Assembly: GCF_902652985.1 (NCBI RefSeq)
Contig: NC_047017.1
Location: 23,498,001-23,562,000 of the forward strand
Length of the DNA stretch: 64,000 nucleotides
Source of the DNA: Pecten maximus
Lineage: Eukaryota
Direction: 5' to 3'
Shown here: one piece after another, positions 1-11,430 of the stretch
Layout of the letters: each line of letters starts with the position of its first letter
Numbering within the stretch: position 1 is the first letter of the stretch
Made by a program: the position numbers and the translations under genes
The notes under the pieces: model-generated
Database searches by the model: none
Told to the model about the DNA's origin: nothing
Seen by the model: the letters and a program-made list of their open reading frames with translations, nothing else

Positions 1-60
1 AAATGTGTTGAATCTTTCTCATTTCGTGGTATTTACACTGATTAAAAAATAGAGTCTGAC

Positions 61-3000
61 CTTTGACCTCATATTTCCTTTGTTAGCAGCAAAGTGTTGC
101 TCACTCTGCTTGTTACTCTCCTCTTTGTGTTCGTGGTCGTGCTGTAATCGAGCCAACTGGCCATTGATTGACATTTTCATGTTTGTGTGCTCCCCTTTTA
201 TTTCATCCAATTCATGTCTCAGTTCCTTCATCTGAAACAATGTATAACAGATTAATACATAAATAGTAGAGAGCAAAAGGTCATCGGAATTCATCTTTTT
301 TTCAAGAAATCTGGAAAGTATTGTAAAAATATATATTGTGTATAGAGAAACATTTCCTTTTACCAATAAGATCTGTATACTCTGATGTATCTCTGTACCA
401 ATGGTGACTTACCTCATCTCCAGCAGACTCAAGTTTATCTATGAGAGCTTTACTTGACTCGCTCAATGTTCGATGTCGCATCATAAGACCCTTCACCTTG
501 TCATCAGTTGTAGGTATATAATCTTGAAATATAAAATGAATGAACATTTCACATGGTCACAGTATATTGTTGAGAGGAGCCCTAGAGATTCAGTTCTGTT
601 GATATATCAAAGTATAGCATTGTAATTGTGTTCAAGTTGAATAATTTAAAATGGACACTGTACGTGATAAAGAATCCACTTACCTTCGGGCATAATATCT
701 ATAACTCTCATCAAAAAATCTGAAAATTTCTTGTATCTGGTTACAGATCTTTCTAAGTGTTTTTGTCTGAAAATAAAATAATGAACCATTACAGTAGTTT
801 TTTAGAAAATGTGAAATTATACAATGACCAGAGGTGTTAAGGTATGAAACTTTGTAAGCAGAAATATCATTGAAATCTCACACCTTTGAAGTAATAGTAA
901 GCACTATGATAAAATCTTGACTTTAATTGAATTTTCAGTTAAGTAAAAACAAAATCTCACTTTCCTCTTACACAATCTTACTGCTATGAAATAACTGTTG
1001 ATAAATTCCATTAAGATAAATCATTGTCTTTATGACCGCGTTCTTTACCTCCTTTTCAGATCCTCCATTTGTTGTTGTAACATTTCCAGTTCCTTTGTCT
1101 TCTGATCTTTTAGTTTTAATTCTGTTTGGTATTTCTGAATCGCTCTCCTCCTCTTCGCCTCGTAGTCTTTGATGTATTTCTCACAGTTGGTAAATTCATC
1201 CTTCATCTGTAAGGGCAGTAAGAACTTGGGTTTAAAATTTTAATATTATACACCAATGGCAAAACCAATATAACAAAATTATATATAACTGTACCAGGTT
1301 ACAAATAATGTAATATAACATAACAAGGTAATACATTCTGTAATACAAAATAACAAGGTTTTACATTATGTAATACAACATAACCAGGTTATTCATTATA
1401 TGATACATCATAACCAGGTTATACATTATGTAATACAACATGACTGTGTTATACATTATGTAATACAAAATAACCAGGTTTTACATTATGTAATACAACA
1501 TAACCAGGTGATACATTATGTAATACAACATGACTGTGTTATACATTATGTAATACAAAATAACCAGGTTTTACATTATGTAATACAACATAACCAGGTG
1601 ATACATTATGTAATACAACATGATTGTGTTATACATTATGTGATACATCATAACCTGGTTTTACATTATGTAAAGCAACATAACCAGGTTATTCATTATA
1701 TGATACATCATAACCAGGTTATACATTATATGATACATCATAACCAGGTTATACATTATATGATACATCATAACCAGGTTATACATTATATGATACATCA
1801 TAACCAGGTTATACATTCTGTAATACAATTTTTTTTTTTTTTTTTTTTTTTAACGTCCTATTAACAGCCAGGATCATTTAAGGACGTGCCAGGTTTTGGA
1901 GGTGGAGGAAAGCCGGAGTACCCGGAGAAAAACCACCAGCCTACGATCACTACCTGGCAACTGCCCCACGTAGGTTTCGAACTCGCGACCCAGTGGTGGA
2001 GGGCTATAGTGATAAAGTGTCGGTACACCTTAACCACTCGGCCACCACGGCCCCTTGTAATACAATATAACCAGGTTATACATTATGTAACACAACATAA
2101 CCAGGTTATACATTATGTATTACAACATAACCAGGTTATGAATAATATAACGAGGTTATGAACAATTTTAGAAAACATAACCAGGTTTTACATACAACAT
2201 AACTGGGTTAGCATAATATAAATGTATTTCTTAGGGTATTCGTTGAATTGAGTGCATAAGGTCATATGAGTTATCTCCCTTTCAAAGACTATACACGGCA
2301 TTACCTGTACAGGTATGATATTGTTATGTAAGTTGTACATGAGGTTGTAGGTTCCGACACACGGCGTGAAGAGTAAGGGCATTGCGAGGCTCGCTGTTGT
2401 TCAGTAAGGATATGTTTAAAATTGTTCAAAATATAGCAAACAAGAAATATCTTTAAAAAAGATAAACGGCATAGTTTTAATGCTGGTGGTTATATTGTAA
2501 AACTGCTGGTGAAATAAATCAACAAACTAATGGGTTTCAGCACAGATAACAAAATTTGATCAGTTTGAATCATTTTTGGTGATAAGACTGCATTTGAATC
2601 AGGAATATAATTTTATTAATGCGTCATTTGAAAAGATACATCCACTTATTCAGCTTGCATTCTTAACTTTGTTTCATTTTTAACTGCATATCTGCATTTT
2701 GCATTTACTGCTACATTGACCAATCACAAACTTCATCTAGACCAGTAACGCCACCTGTGGCATCATATCCGGGGCCAAAAGAATATCATACCGCTATGCC
2801 GAAAAATATGTAAATTAAAGGTATTTTCATATTTTCTATACCACTTAAATCTGAGAGTAAAATCCAGTGAAAAGAGTGATAATTGTTTGACATATTGTTT
2901 GCAATCTTAAAAATCAAATTAATGTGTAGTCTTTTGAATGGCAATAAATCTGTTGACAAAAGTTCTATTATACCTAGTTGGAAGATATGTCTTTTTGAAT

Positions 3001-5951
3001 ATGTTCAATGAATGATTTCTAAAAATGTTCCTTAAATCCTTAAATTCACTAACAGGTTTTTTTTATTCAGCAGAACATTATCAAATACTGAAATAACCTG
3101 CACCATTACATATCAAATACCAGGTAAAAACATGTATTATAACATCTGCTGCCAACAGTGTTCGTACTATAACAGACAGCTAGCATTATCTAAACCTACA
3201 ATCAACAAGCTATTTTTTCTGTAAGTCTACATTGGAATGCTGCCAAACAGAATGTTTTAACTTGTTAAACACTGAACATGACGGTGACAGTCACACAATA
3301 TATCAAAAAACAATTAGTACCGTAGTAGTGTGAAGAATGAAACCTGGTACACTATTCCACAGGGCAAATTACCTACAGATCAAATATATGATAAATTGGC
3401 TTTTATTACTTATAGTACATATATGTATTATGAATTTGGAAGATTCTAGATAACCCAGAAATAATCATAAAATAAAAATAAATCAGCATAATTTAAAACA
3501 AATTTTCATGAAATAAATAATTTACAGGAATACACTTCATAAGCTGGCACTATGTGATAGAGAGGAATCATAATTAACACTCCCACAAATAAATCAGGAA
3601 ATCTGTACCACTAAATGGTCACCACAGTCTCGATTCCAAGGTTACAGTTTTCAGCATTAATTAGTCAAAGGTGATATTAGCCAATAGTGTTACCCTTTGT
3701 CAATGACAAAGATTTTATTCTCATAAACATATAAAGTGTAGAGAATTACATACATAAAAAATTAACATTTTGAATATTTTACTGTTTACATTTGGAAGGA
3801 ACAATTTCATTCAAGCTAATTTCAGAACAAAAATCTTGGGATCACTTGTTTAAGAAGGCTGGACGGGATTTTGCGGTCGTCAATCTCCAGAATAATGGTC
3901 AGAGAACAAACTAAGAGACCATATATATACAACACTCAGTGTATGAAAAGAGAGGTGAAATATATCGTCAATCCAACATATATATAACCAATGATCTCCA
4001 GGTAGTTGGGGAGCTTTCTCTAATTTGTTTAGATCCTAGTTAGTCATTAATATAATTTGTTTTGAGCTAAGAAAATATGCACCTAAGTTGCTGATTAACA
4101 TTCTAAAACCTTACATATCAACATCCAGATGCATTGTGATACCTAGGGCTGACATTATTGAATTGTTCTATTGATCAAAGTAAGTATTATTATAACACAT
4201 ATGTATATATTCTACAACAAACCCACAAATACCTTATGTTGCATCACAAACATAAGAAGAAAAAAAAGATAAATTCCTGTGAAACATTTTCATATCATCT
4301 GCAAATCTCACCTCATAATTACTTAGAGGGCAAACATGGAGATAAAACTGTTTCGTCCAAACTCTACAACAGCTCTAGACTGTATTTGACCTATTAAGCT
4401 CACATTCCCTTATAAGGGCATCCTACTTTTTTTCCAGAAAACAGGATGGGTGTCAAAGTTAAACATATAAAAAGTTCCTTACAGCAGTCAGATCTGCTAA
4501 GATAATTTTCAGTCTTTTAACTAACTCTGAATTGTTTTTGCTACATGTAGATATGTCCATGTAAATAAAAAAGAAAACCTCACCCAGATTTCATAAGGGA
4601 ATTTTCCCCTGTATATGTACATGGTTATATCAATTGCACCCTTTTGTGTTTTGTAAGTTCACAATGAACTTATTTTAAAAGTTGAATACGGTATATAAGA
4701 GCCTAGTGTCTGATGTTAACTAACCTGTTGCTGTCTTTTCTGTATGTCAATCTGGCGCTGTGCACACTGCTCCATTTTTCGTTTGAACTCCTGTCGCTTC
4801 TCATACAGCTCCATGTCAACCGCCTCCACCTCCACTTGTTTCTTGAGCAGGAGAGTTCTCTGCAACGTGTTGATCCCCGTTTCAATGAGCTTGTCACCAG
4901 ACTCCTTGACAACGGGGAATGCTGTGATCTCATCCTCGTCATCTCTGTAACATAAATACAAAATCTCTAATATAGCTTCACTTGTGTCAAAAATGGTAAT
5001 TATAGTCAAAAGTGTTTTCTTATTTCCCTGCTTTACTTAGATATTCTATTGCATTGGTGTAATGTTGAAAAAATTTGGCTAATGTTATATTCAAGGGTTT
5101 GTAAGTGAAGTATCCTAACAGTAAAATAATGGCATGCAAGTGTAAACCTGAATGTAAAACAGCAAAATGTTCAATATTATCTAAAATATAAGGTATATTT
5201 TTTTTCAGTTGTACAATATTTAGCCCCTTTTTATTATCTAACCATAGCTGCTGGCTCAGAAATTGTAAACAGTTACCAGATTAACTATCAGACACCTGCG
5301 AGAACTATGATACATCTAATTTTAGCATCAAAAGACTTGACATACAGTTTTAAAAATGTATTCATATGAAAATATTTACACGTTTAGAAATGCAGGCGGA
5401 GTAGAAATTAATCCATACCTAGTGTGATAATAGTCATAACAATGTCAAATCAAGATTAAATAAACTTAACAATTTTCAAAAATGCTAATTCAAGAATTAA
5501 ACCAAAACATACATCTAAATCTAATAGTATCGAAGAAAAGACATCGCAGGCTATTGAGAAACATGGCTTGGATATCAGTTGTTTATCAAACGAACTCACA
5601 CAAACAGTTATAGTTATTTTATTACTGCAGGTTTTGCTTATGAATATGATAAATGGCAATCATCTGTGCTAAAACACAAAATGCAACTTAATTAAATTTA
5701 TCTATTAGCGATTGTCAGTGTAATACTGAATGCTTGTAAACATAGCCTTCCACTAACAGCCTCCTCGTGCGTGACGAGAGACTTTAACATGCACGGCTGT
5801 AATTGATTCCATCTATAATTCACGCACCTGTTATCATCACCGGGCAATCACCACACACGAAATGGCGTCCTTACCTTTCGTTGAGTTGTGTGACGAATAC
5901 ATTGCGCTTCTGGTTGTCAAGATCCAAGTTGTATCCTCCAGTATCCGCCAT
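61..5951 (-). CDS. CCDC42/CFAP73-family coiled-coil protein (cilia/flagella-associated); 6 exons in window, 3' end beyond left edge
   Basis: Exons 5951-5875, 4944-4725, 1206-1049, 766-684, 522-413, 231-61; all GT-AG and in phase. They give MADTGGYNLDLDNQKRNVFVTQLNER-DDEDEITAFPVVKESGDKLIETGINTLQRTLLLKKQVEVE...EKYIKDYEAKRRRAIQKYQTELKLK...YKKFSDFLMRVIDIMPEDY..., which resembles the CCDC42/DUF4200 coiled-coil pattern. Paralog identity is not resolvable. Confidence 0.8.
1310..2185 (+). repeat. 30-bp minisatellite (TAACCAGGTTATACATTATGTAATACAACA)n, interrupted by a SINE
   Basis: About 17 copies at 1310-1829 and a few more at 2056-2185. Accounts for the repetitive ORF 1400..1864. Confidence 0.95.
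1830..2055 (-). mobile_element. tRNA-derived SINE with V-domain core (V-SINE), full length with poly(A) tail and 11-bp TSD
   Basis: Minus strand reads GGGGCCGTGGTGGCCGAGTGGTTAAGG (A box)...GAGTTCGAAAC (B box)...TTTTTCTCCGGGTACTCCGGCTTTCCTCCAC (V-core-like)...poly(A). TSD TGTAATACAAT at 1819-1829 and 2056-2066. Confidence 0.9.
2438..2810 (-). mobile_element. Non-autonomous Helentron/HINE-like element (~370 bp), uninterrupted copy
   Basis: Subterminal inverted motif CGGCATAG/CTATGCCG, 3' hairpin ATCTTTTTTAAAGAT followed by CTTGTT. Reverse-complement homologous to the split copy at 19372-19608 + 22397-22545. Confidence 0.65.
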
Positions 5952-6029
5952 TTTAGCAGACAGTTTTCTCTACTAATACCACAAACTCGAGATTTACGCT
6001 TTCAACCGTTCACAGCGACACTGTCCGCC

Positions 6030-6080
6030 ATGTCTAAACAACTTCATGCAAATGAGGGCTCCTAGGAGATGGTCACGTGG
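6030..6080 (-). promoter_or_regulatory. Putative proximal promoter motif cluster of the CCDC42-like gene (Fox site, octamer, RFX X-box-like, E-box)
   Basis: TAAACAA 6035-6041, ATGCAAAT 6046-6053, GGCTCCTAGGAGAT 6057-6070 (12/14 to the palindrome GTCTCCTAGGAGAC), CACGTG 6074-6079. All lie about 80-130 bp upstream of the ATG. Confidence 0.45.
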
Positions 6081-6944
6081 TCATGTTGACACTAATGTGT
6101 CCGGATATTTTTAGCAGACTATAGCTATAATTTGTCATAAATACGATTTATATTTAAAACATATAGTATACAGTCCTATGTTCTTATACTTTGACATTCA
6201 CTTGTTCTACCTGGTTTAATAAAACATCCCTAATATTGTCTTTGCTTGTTTAATGCTATGTACAGTACTTTAAATTTCTTTAAAGATACTTTGTTATACA
6301 TTGTATATTATATACATGAATATATCAGTGTATTAATATTCATCTCATAGTGTATGTATTTGATTATGCCTCTATGTGGGCCCAATTTTGAAAAAATAGA
6401 CTTCGTATCTTTTTGTATCTTAAATTGTATACATTGTACGTATACATGAACTTTTTAATTACGCCGGTGCCCCCACGTGGACCAAATTTTGGAGAAAAGT
6501 AGACTTTGTATCTTGAAAACATGCATATTTATTTGATTATTACTTAGTTTGTTCTGAGTCACGCACAAGCTTTAGTGTAAAGTGTATATTAGCTATTTCT
6601 ACTTTGCTATAAGATATATATTATAGTTTTTTTTTTTTATCTAAAACAATGTTCAGCATTGCAAAAAGTAATGTACGTATACATTGACGTATCTGTCACT
6701 TAAATCAATTTAAATACTACGTTATGATCAATATTTGTATATGTACACTGATTTCTTGTCCATGGTCTATGATTGTGGTCTTCACGAGATATCTTTTGAC
6801 CGTCTGATGATTATCTGTAGTATTAAGATATTCATTGTCTTAGATACTTTTCCATGCTAAAACGCCTTTCAAGTTAATTTTTGTCTACAATTTCTTATTA
6901 ACAAATATAACGCCCTGTTTTAGTCTTCTTGTTATATATTTTTG

Positions 6945-7218
6945 ATTAACACACCACTAATCTTAGAGACACCACATCCTAGTCCAATATCTCTGACTAA
7001 CACACAACACTAATCTTAGAGACACCACATCCTAGTCCAATATTCCTGACTAACACACAACACTAATCTTAGAGACACCACGTCCTAGCCCACTATTTCT
7101 GACCAACACACAACACTAATCTTAGAGACACCACGTCCTAGTCCAATATCTCTGACTAACACACACCACTAATCTTAGAGACACCACGTCCTAGCCCACT
7201 GTTTCTGACTAACACACA
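6945..7218 (+). repeat. ~53-bp minisatellite (AACACACAACACTAATCTTAGAGACACCACATCCTAGTCCAATATCTCTGACT)x5
   Basis: Five tandem copies just downstream of the GPCR stop. Confidence 0.9.
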
Positions 7219-7379
7219 TTAGCTGCGATAACGTAGCTCCGTCCGGATTGACTGACGGACGGACGGCCGGCCGGTTTCCTACACATGGTCGGCTGGAGAG
7301 CAGTGTAGACAGGCTATCATTATTCTTTCTAGTCATACATTTCTCCTTGACACCGGGAATGTAATAATATTCTTTCTAG

Positions 7380-8537
7380 TCATACATTTCTCCTTGACAC
7401 CGGGAATGTATTACGAACAGCAGGTGCCTTAATCTGGCGGGAAAACAGGCGACAACATTCGTGTCGAAAGTTTGGATTGAAGATGCCATATATTATAGGA
7501 TTGGAGACATTGCCGATACAAAAAGCCATCGATGCCACTTCTATCAACTGTTGTACATGAATGCTCTGTTTACGGAAATCTATTTTGTTATCCAAGTTAA
7601 GGACAAGTTCGATGGTAAGATATGGAACATAGCTGAAAACAAAGCTAACTGCTACTAATAAGAATATGATTGTAGTTTTTGAGACTTGTGCTATTTTTTG
7701 TAACTCTAGGTTTTTTCGTTGTTCGTTACTTCCGCTTGCCGTATGTTGTGAGCAGTTAAGTGATAGTTCTGTCGCGAACACCTCACCGGTACTCCGGGTT
7801 CTCTTAGCTCCAGACAAAAGATTGTACGGTTTGACCTTAGGAAGGGTTTCTGTGGACTCCCTAAGATTGTATCTAGACCGTCGATACACGACACGGATGA
7901 TGTTTATATAGACAAACAGGAGGACAACGAAATCAGCAAAGGCAAGGATAAGATAAAACCCAAAGTATAAAACAGGGATCAGACGGTCGATCGAGTCGTC
8001 AATGGAACAGGTTGTTGCAACTATCCCTGGAGTAGCCATCTTGATCGTCTTGGTGCCATGGACAAAGACGGACGGCCATGAGATACAGAGCGCCAGAATG
8101 AACGCGTAGGCGACATTTTTGTGTGGAGAGTGAAACCGAAAACTCTTTAATGGATGGCATATCTTATAGTACCTATCTCGGGATATACACAACAACAGCA
8201 GAGTCTGAGACGCGTATGCTACTATAGACACTGTACTGAACAACTTACACGGAATGGCATCTCCGTACAGCAAGGGAAAGCGCAACTGAAATATATCAAA
8301 AGGAATGCCGAGCACACAACACACGAGATCAATCACAGACAACCAGAATATGTAAACATTGGCACATGTTTTCCTGAACCGGTAACCGTAGACATAAATC
8401 ACAAACCCATTGCCGAGCAGTCCGAGGATTGTCATGAAGCCGGTAAACACTATCGCGGGGTAGTATAGATCTACCTCCTTCTCGTTGGCCAACCACAACA
8501 GTGTACTTGCTGCTATCTCTGCAGAATCATTTGCCAT
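7380..8537 (-). CDS. Intronless class A (rhodopsin-like) GPCR, orphan/peptide-receptor-like, 385 aa
   Basis: Seven hydrophobic segments; GN in TM1 (LLGNGFV), LSVID in TM2, DRY (SRDRY), TM6 SYVP, NPxxY (NPIIY) and helix 8 (NFRHEC); N-terminal N-D-S sequon. Confidence 0.93.
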   Translation of the reverse strand: MANDSAEIAASTLLWLANEKEVDLYYPAIVFTGFMTILGLLGNGFVIYVYGYRFRKTCANVYIFWLSVIDLVCCVLGIPFDIFQLRFPLLYGDAIPCKLFSTVSIVAYASQTLLLLCISRDRYYKICHPLKSFRFHSPHKNVAYAFILALCISWPSVFVHGTKTIKMATPGIVATTCSIDDSIDRLIPVLYFGFYLILAFADFVVLLFVYINIIRVVYRRSRYNLRESTETLPKVKPYNLLSGAKRTRSTGEVFATELSLNCSQHTASGSNEQRKNLELQKIAQVSKTTIIFLLVAVSFVFSYVPYLTIELVLNLDNKIDFRKQSIHVQQLIEVASMAFCIGNVSNPIIYGIFNPNFRHECCRLFSRQIKAPAVRNTFPVSRRNV

Positions 8538-8984
8538 CCCGTTTTTAAGATTACAATCATAGATTTATATGTACAATAAGGTATCAGAACTATCCGTCTG
8601 TGTCATATTGTCTTATTTAAAGCAACATGAAACCGAGGACTTTCAGCAGTCGCACGACATAAAGAATAAGATTTCAGTCAGGCATACCTTATGTTAAGCA
8701 ATTTGTCCATCTCGTCAAAGCCTCCATTAATTCAATTATGCTTTATAAATAACAATTCAATTTAACTGATGCCAGCCACCCAAGGAGGTATATAACGAGT
8801 TGGCACAGGAAATATTACAATTCACAATCCCATCGTTTGTCTTTCGTTACAGTTTTGGAACAGATGCCAACCTCCCAATGCATTTACGAATTGGCACATG
8901 GAATATTACAATTCACAATTCTATCGTTTGTCTTTCAACAGGTGCTTTAGGTTTTTTCTTCTTTCGAACTATCGGTGTATGTCA

Positions 8985-11430
8985 ATGTTGACGCTATAAA
9001 GTGGCATTTTCACTGTTTACGCTATTTACTGGCAATTTCAATGTTGACGCTATTTACCGGCGTTTGCTCTGTTGACACTTTTTAGTGTCATTTACACTGT
9101 TGACGCTATTTAGTGGCATTTACACTGTTGACGCTATTTAGTGACATTTTCACTGTTGACTCTATTTAGTGACATTTTCACTGTTGACTCTATTTACCGG
9201 CGTTTTCACTGTTGACGCTTTTTAGTGTCATTTACACTGTTGACGCTATTTAGTGATATTTTCACTGTTGACGCTATTTAGTGACATTTTCACTGTTGAC
9301 GCTTTATAGTGGCGTTTTCACTGTTGACGCTTTTAAGTGTCATTTTCACTGTTGACGCTATTTAGTGGCATTTACAATGTTGACGCTATTTAGTGACATT
9401 TTCACTGTTGACTCTATTTACCGGCATTTTCACTGTTGACGCTATTTACCGGCGTTTTCACTGTTGACGCTTTTTAGTGGCGTTTTCACTGTTGACGCTT
9501 TTAAGTGTCATTTTCACTGTTGACGCTATTTAGTGTCATTTTCACTGTTGACGCTATTTAGTGACATTTTCACTGTTGACTCTATTTACCGGCGTTTTCA
9601 CTGTTGACGCTTTTAAGTGTCATTTTCACTGTTGAAGCTATTTAGTGGCGTTTTCACTGTTGACGCTATTTTCTGGCATTTTCAATGTTGACGCTATTTA
9701 CCGGCGTTTGCACTGTTGACGCTTTTTAGTGTCATTTTCACTGTTGACGCTATTTACTGGCAATTTCAATGTTGACGCTATTTACCGGCGTTTGCACTAT
9801 TGACGCTATTTAGTGGCATTTTCACTGCTGACTCTATTTACCGGCGTTTTCACTGTTGACGCTATTTAGTGGCATTTTCACTGCTGACTCTATTTGCCGG
9901 CGTTTTCACTGTTGACGCTATTTACCGGCGTTTGCACTGTTGACGCTATTTAGTGGCATTTTCACTGATGACGCTATTTAGTGGCATTTTCACTGTTGAC
10001 GCTATTTAGTGGCATTTTCACTGTTGACGCTATTTACCGGTGTTTTCATTGTTGACGCTTTTTAGTGGCATTTTCACTGTTGACGCTATTTAGTGTCATT
10101 TTCACTGTTGACGCTATTTAGTGACATTTTCACTGTTGACTCTATTTACCGGCATTTTCACTGTTGACGCTATTTACCGGCGTTTTCACTGTTGACGCTA
10201 TTTACTTGCATTTTCACTTTTGACGCTGTTTAGTGGCATTTTCAATGTTGACGCTATTTTACTGGCGTTTTCACTGTTGACGCTTTTTAGTGTCATTTTC
10301 ACTGTTGACGCTATTTACTGGCAATTTCAATGTTGACGCTATTTACCGGCGTTTGCACTGTTGACGCTATTTAGTGGCATTTTCACTGTTGACGCTATTT
10401 AGTGGCATTTTCACTGCTGACTCTATTTACCGGCGTTTTCACTGTTGACGCTATTTACTGGCGTTTGCACTGTTGACGCTTTTTAGTGTCATTTTCACTG
10501 TTGATGCTATTTAGTGGCATTTTCACTGTTGACGCTATTTAGTGGCATTTTCACTGATGACGCTATTTAGTGGCATTTTCACTGTTGACGCTATTTAGTG
10601 GCATTTTCACTGTTGACGCTATTTACCGGTGTTTTCATTGTTGACGCTTTTTAGTGGCATTTTCACTGTTGACGCTATTTAGTGACATTTTCACTGTTGA
10701 CGCTATTTAGTGTCATTTTCACTGTTGACGCTATTTAGTGACATTTTCACTGTTGACCATATTTACCGGCATTTTCACTGTTGACGCTATTTACCGGCGT
10801 TTTCACTGTTGACGCTATTTACTTGCATTTTCACTTTTGACGCTATTTAGTGGCATTTTCACTGTTGACGCTTTTTAGTGGCGTTTTCACTGTTGACGCT
10901 ATTTAGTGGCATTTTCACTTTTGACGCTTTTTAGTGGCATTTTCACTGTTGATGCTATTTACCGGCGTTTTTACTGTTGACGCTATTTACTTGCATTTTC
11001 ACTTTTGACGCTATTTAGTGGCATTTTCACTGTTGACGCTATTTAGTGGCATTTTCACTGTTGACGCTATTTACCGGCGTTTTCACTGTTGACGCTATTT
11101 ACTTGCATTTTCACTTTTGACGCTATTTAGTGGCATTTTTTCTGTTGACGCTATTTAGTGGCATTTTCACTGTTGACGCTATTTAGTGGCATTTTCACTG
11201 TTGACGCTATTTACCGGCGTTTTCACTGTTGACGCTATTTACTTGCATTTTCACTTTTGACGCTGTTTAGTGGCATTTTCACTGTTGACGCTATTTTACT
11301 GGCGTTTTCACTGTTTTCGCTATTTACTGGCGTTTTCACTGTTGACGCTATTTACTGGTATTTTCACTGTTGACGCTATTCACTGAGGATTTCACTGTTG
11401 ACGTCATTTCACTGAGCTTTTCACTGCTGA
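8985..11430 (+). repeat. 28-bp minisatellite (CACTGTTGACGCTATTTAGTGGCATTTT)n, ~2.4 kb, ~85 copies
   Basis: Period 28 measured directly (CACTG at 9963 and 9991). Head-to-tail with no unique spacers. Confidence 0.97.

Noticed and set aside
1400-2161. ORFs 1400..1864 (His/Gln-rich) and 1886..2161
   Set aside because: Translations of the 30-bp minisatellite and the antisense SINE inside an intron.
7461-8468. Plus-strand ORFs overlapping the GPCR (and antisense ORFs over kelch, POLA2, YIPF4 and CCDC42-like exons)
   Set aside because: Shadow ORFs of real coding sequence with no domain-like features.
8985-11430. CRISPR array (28-bp repeats; also the 23-, 26- and 30-bp arrays)
   Set aside because: Units are head-to-tail with no unique spacers, there are no cas genes, and the context is eukaryotic.
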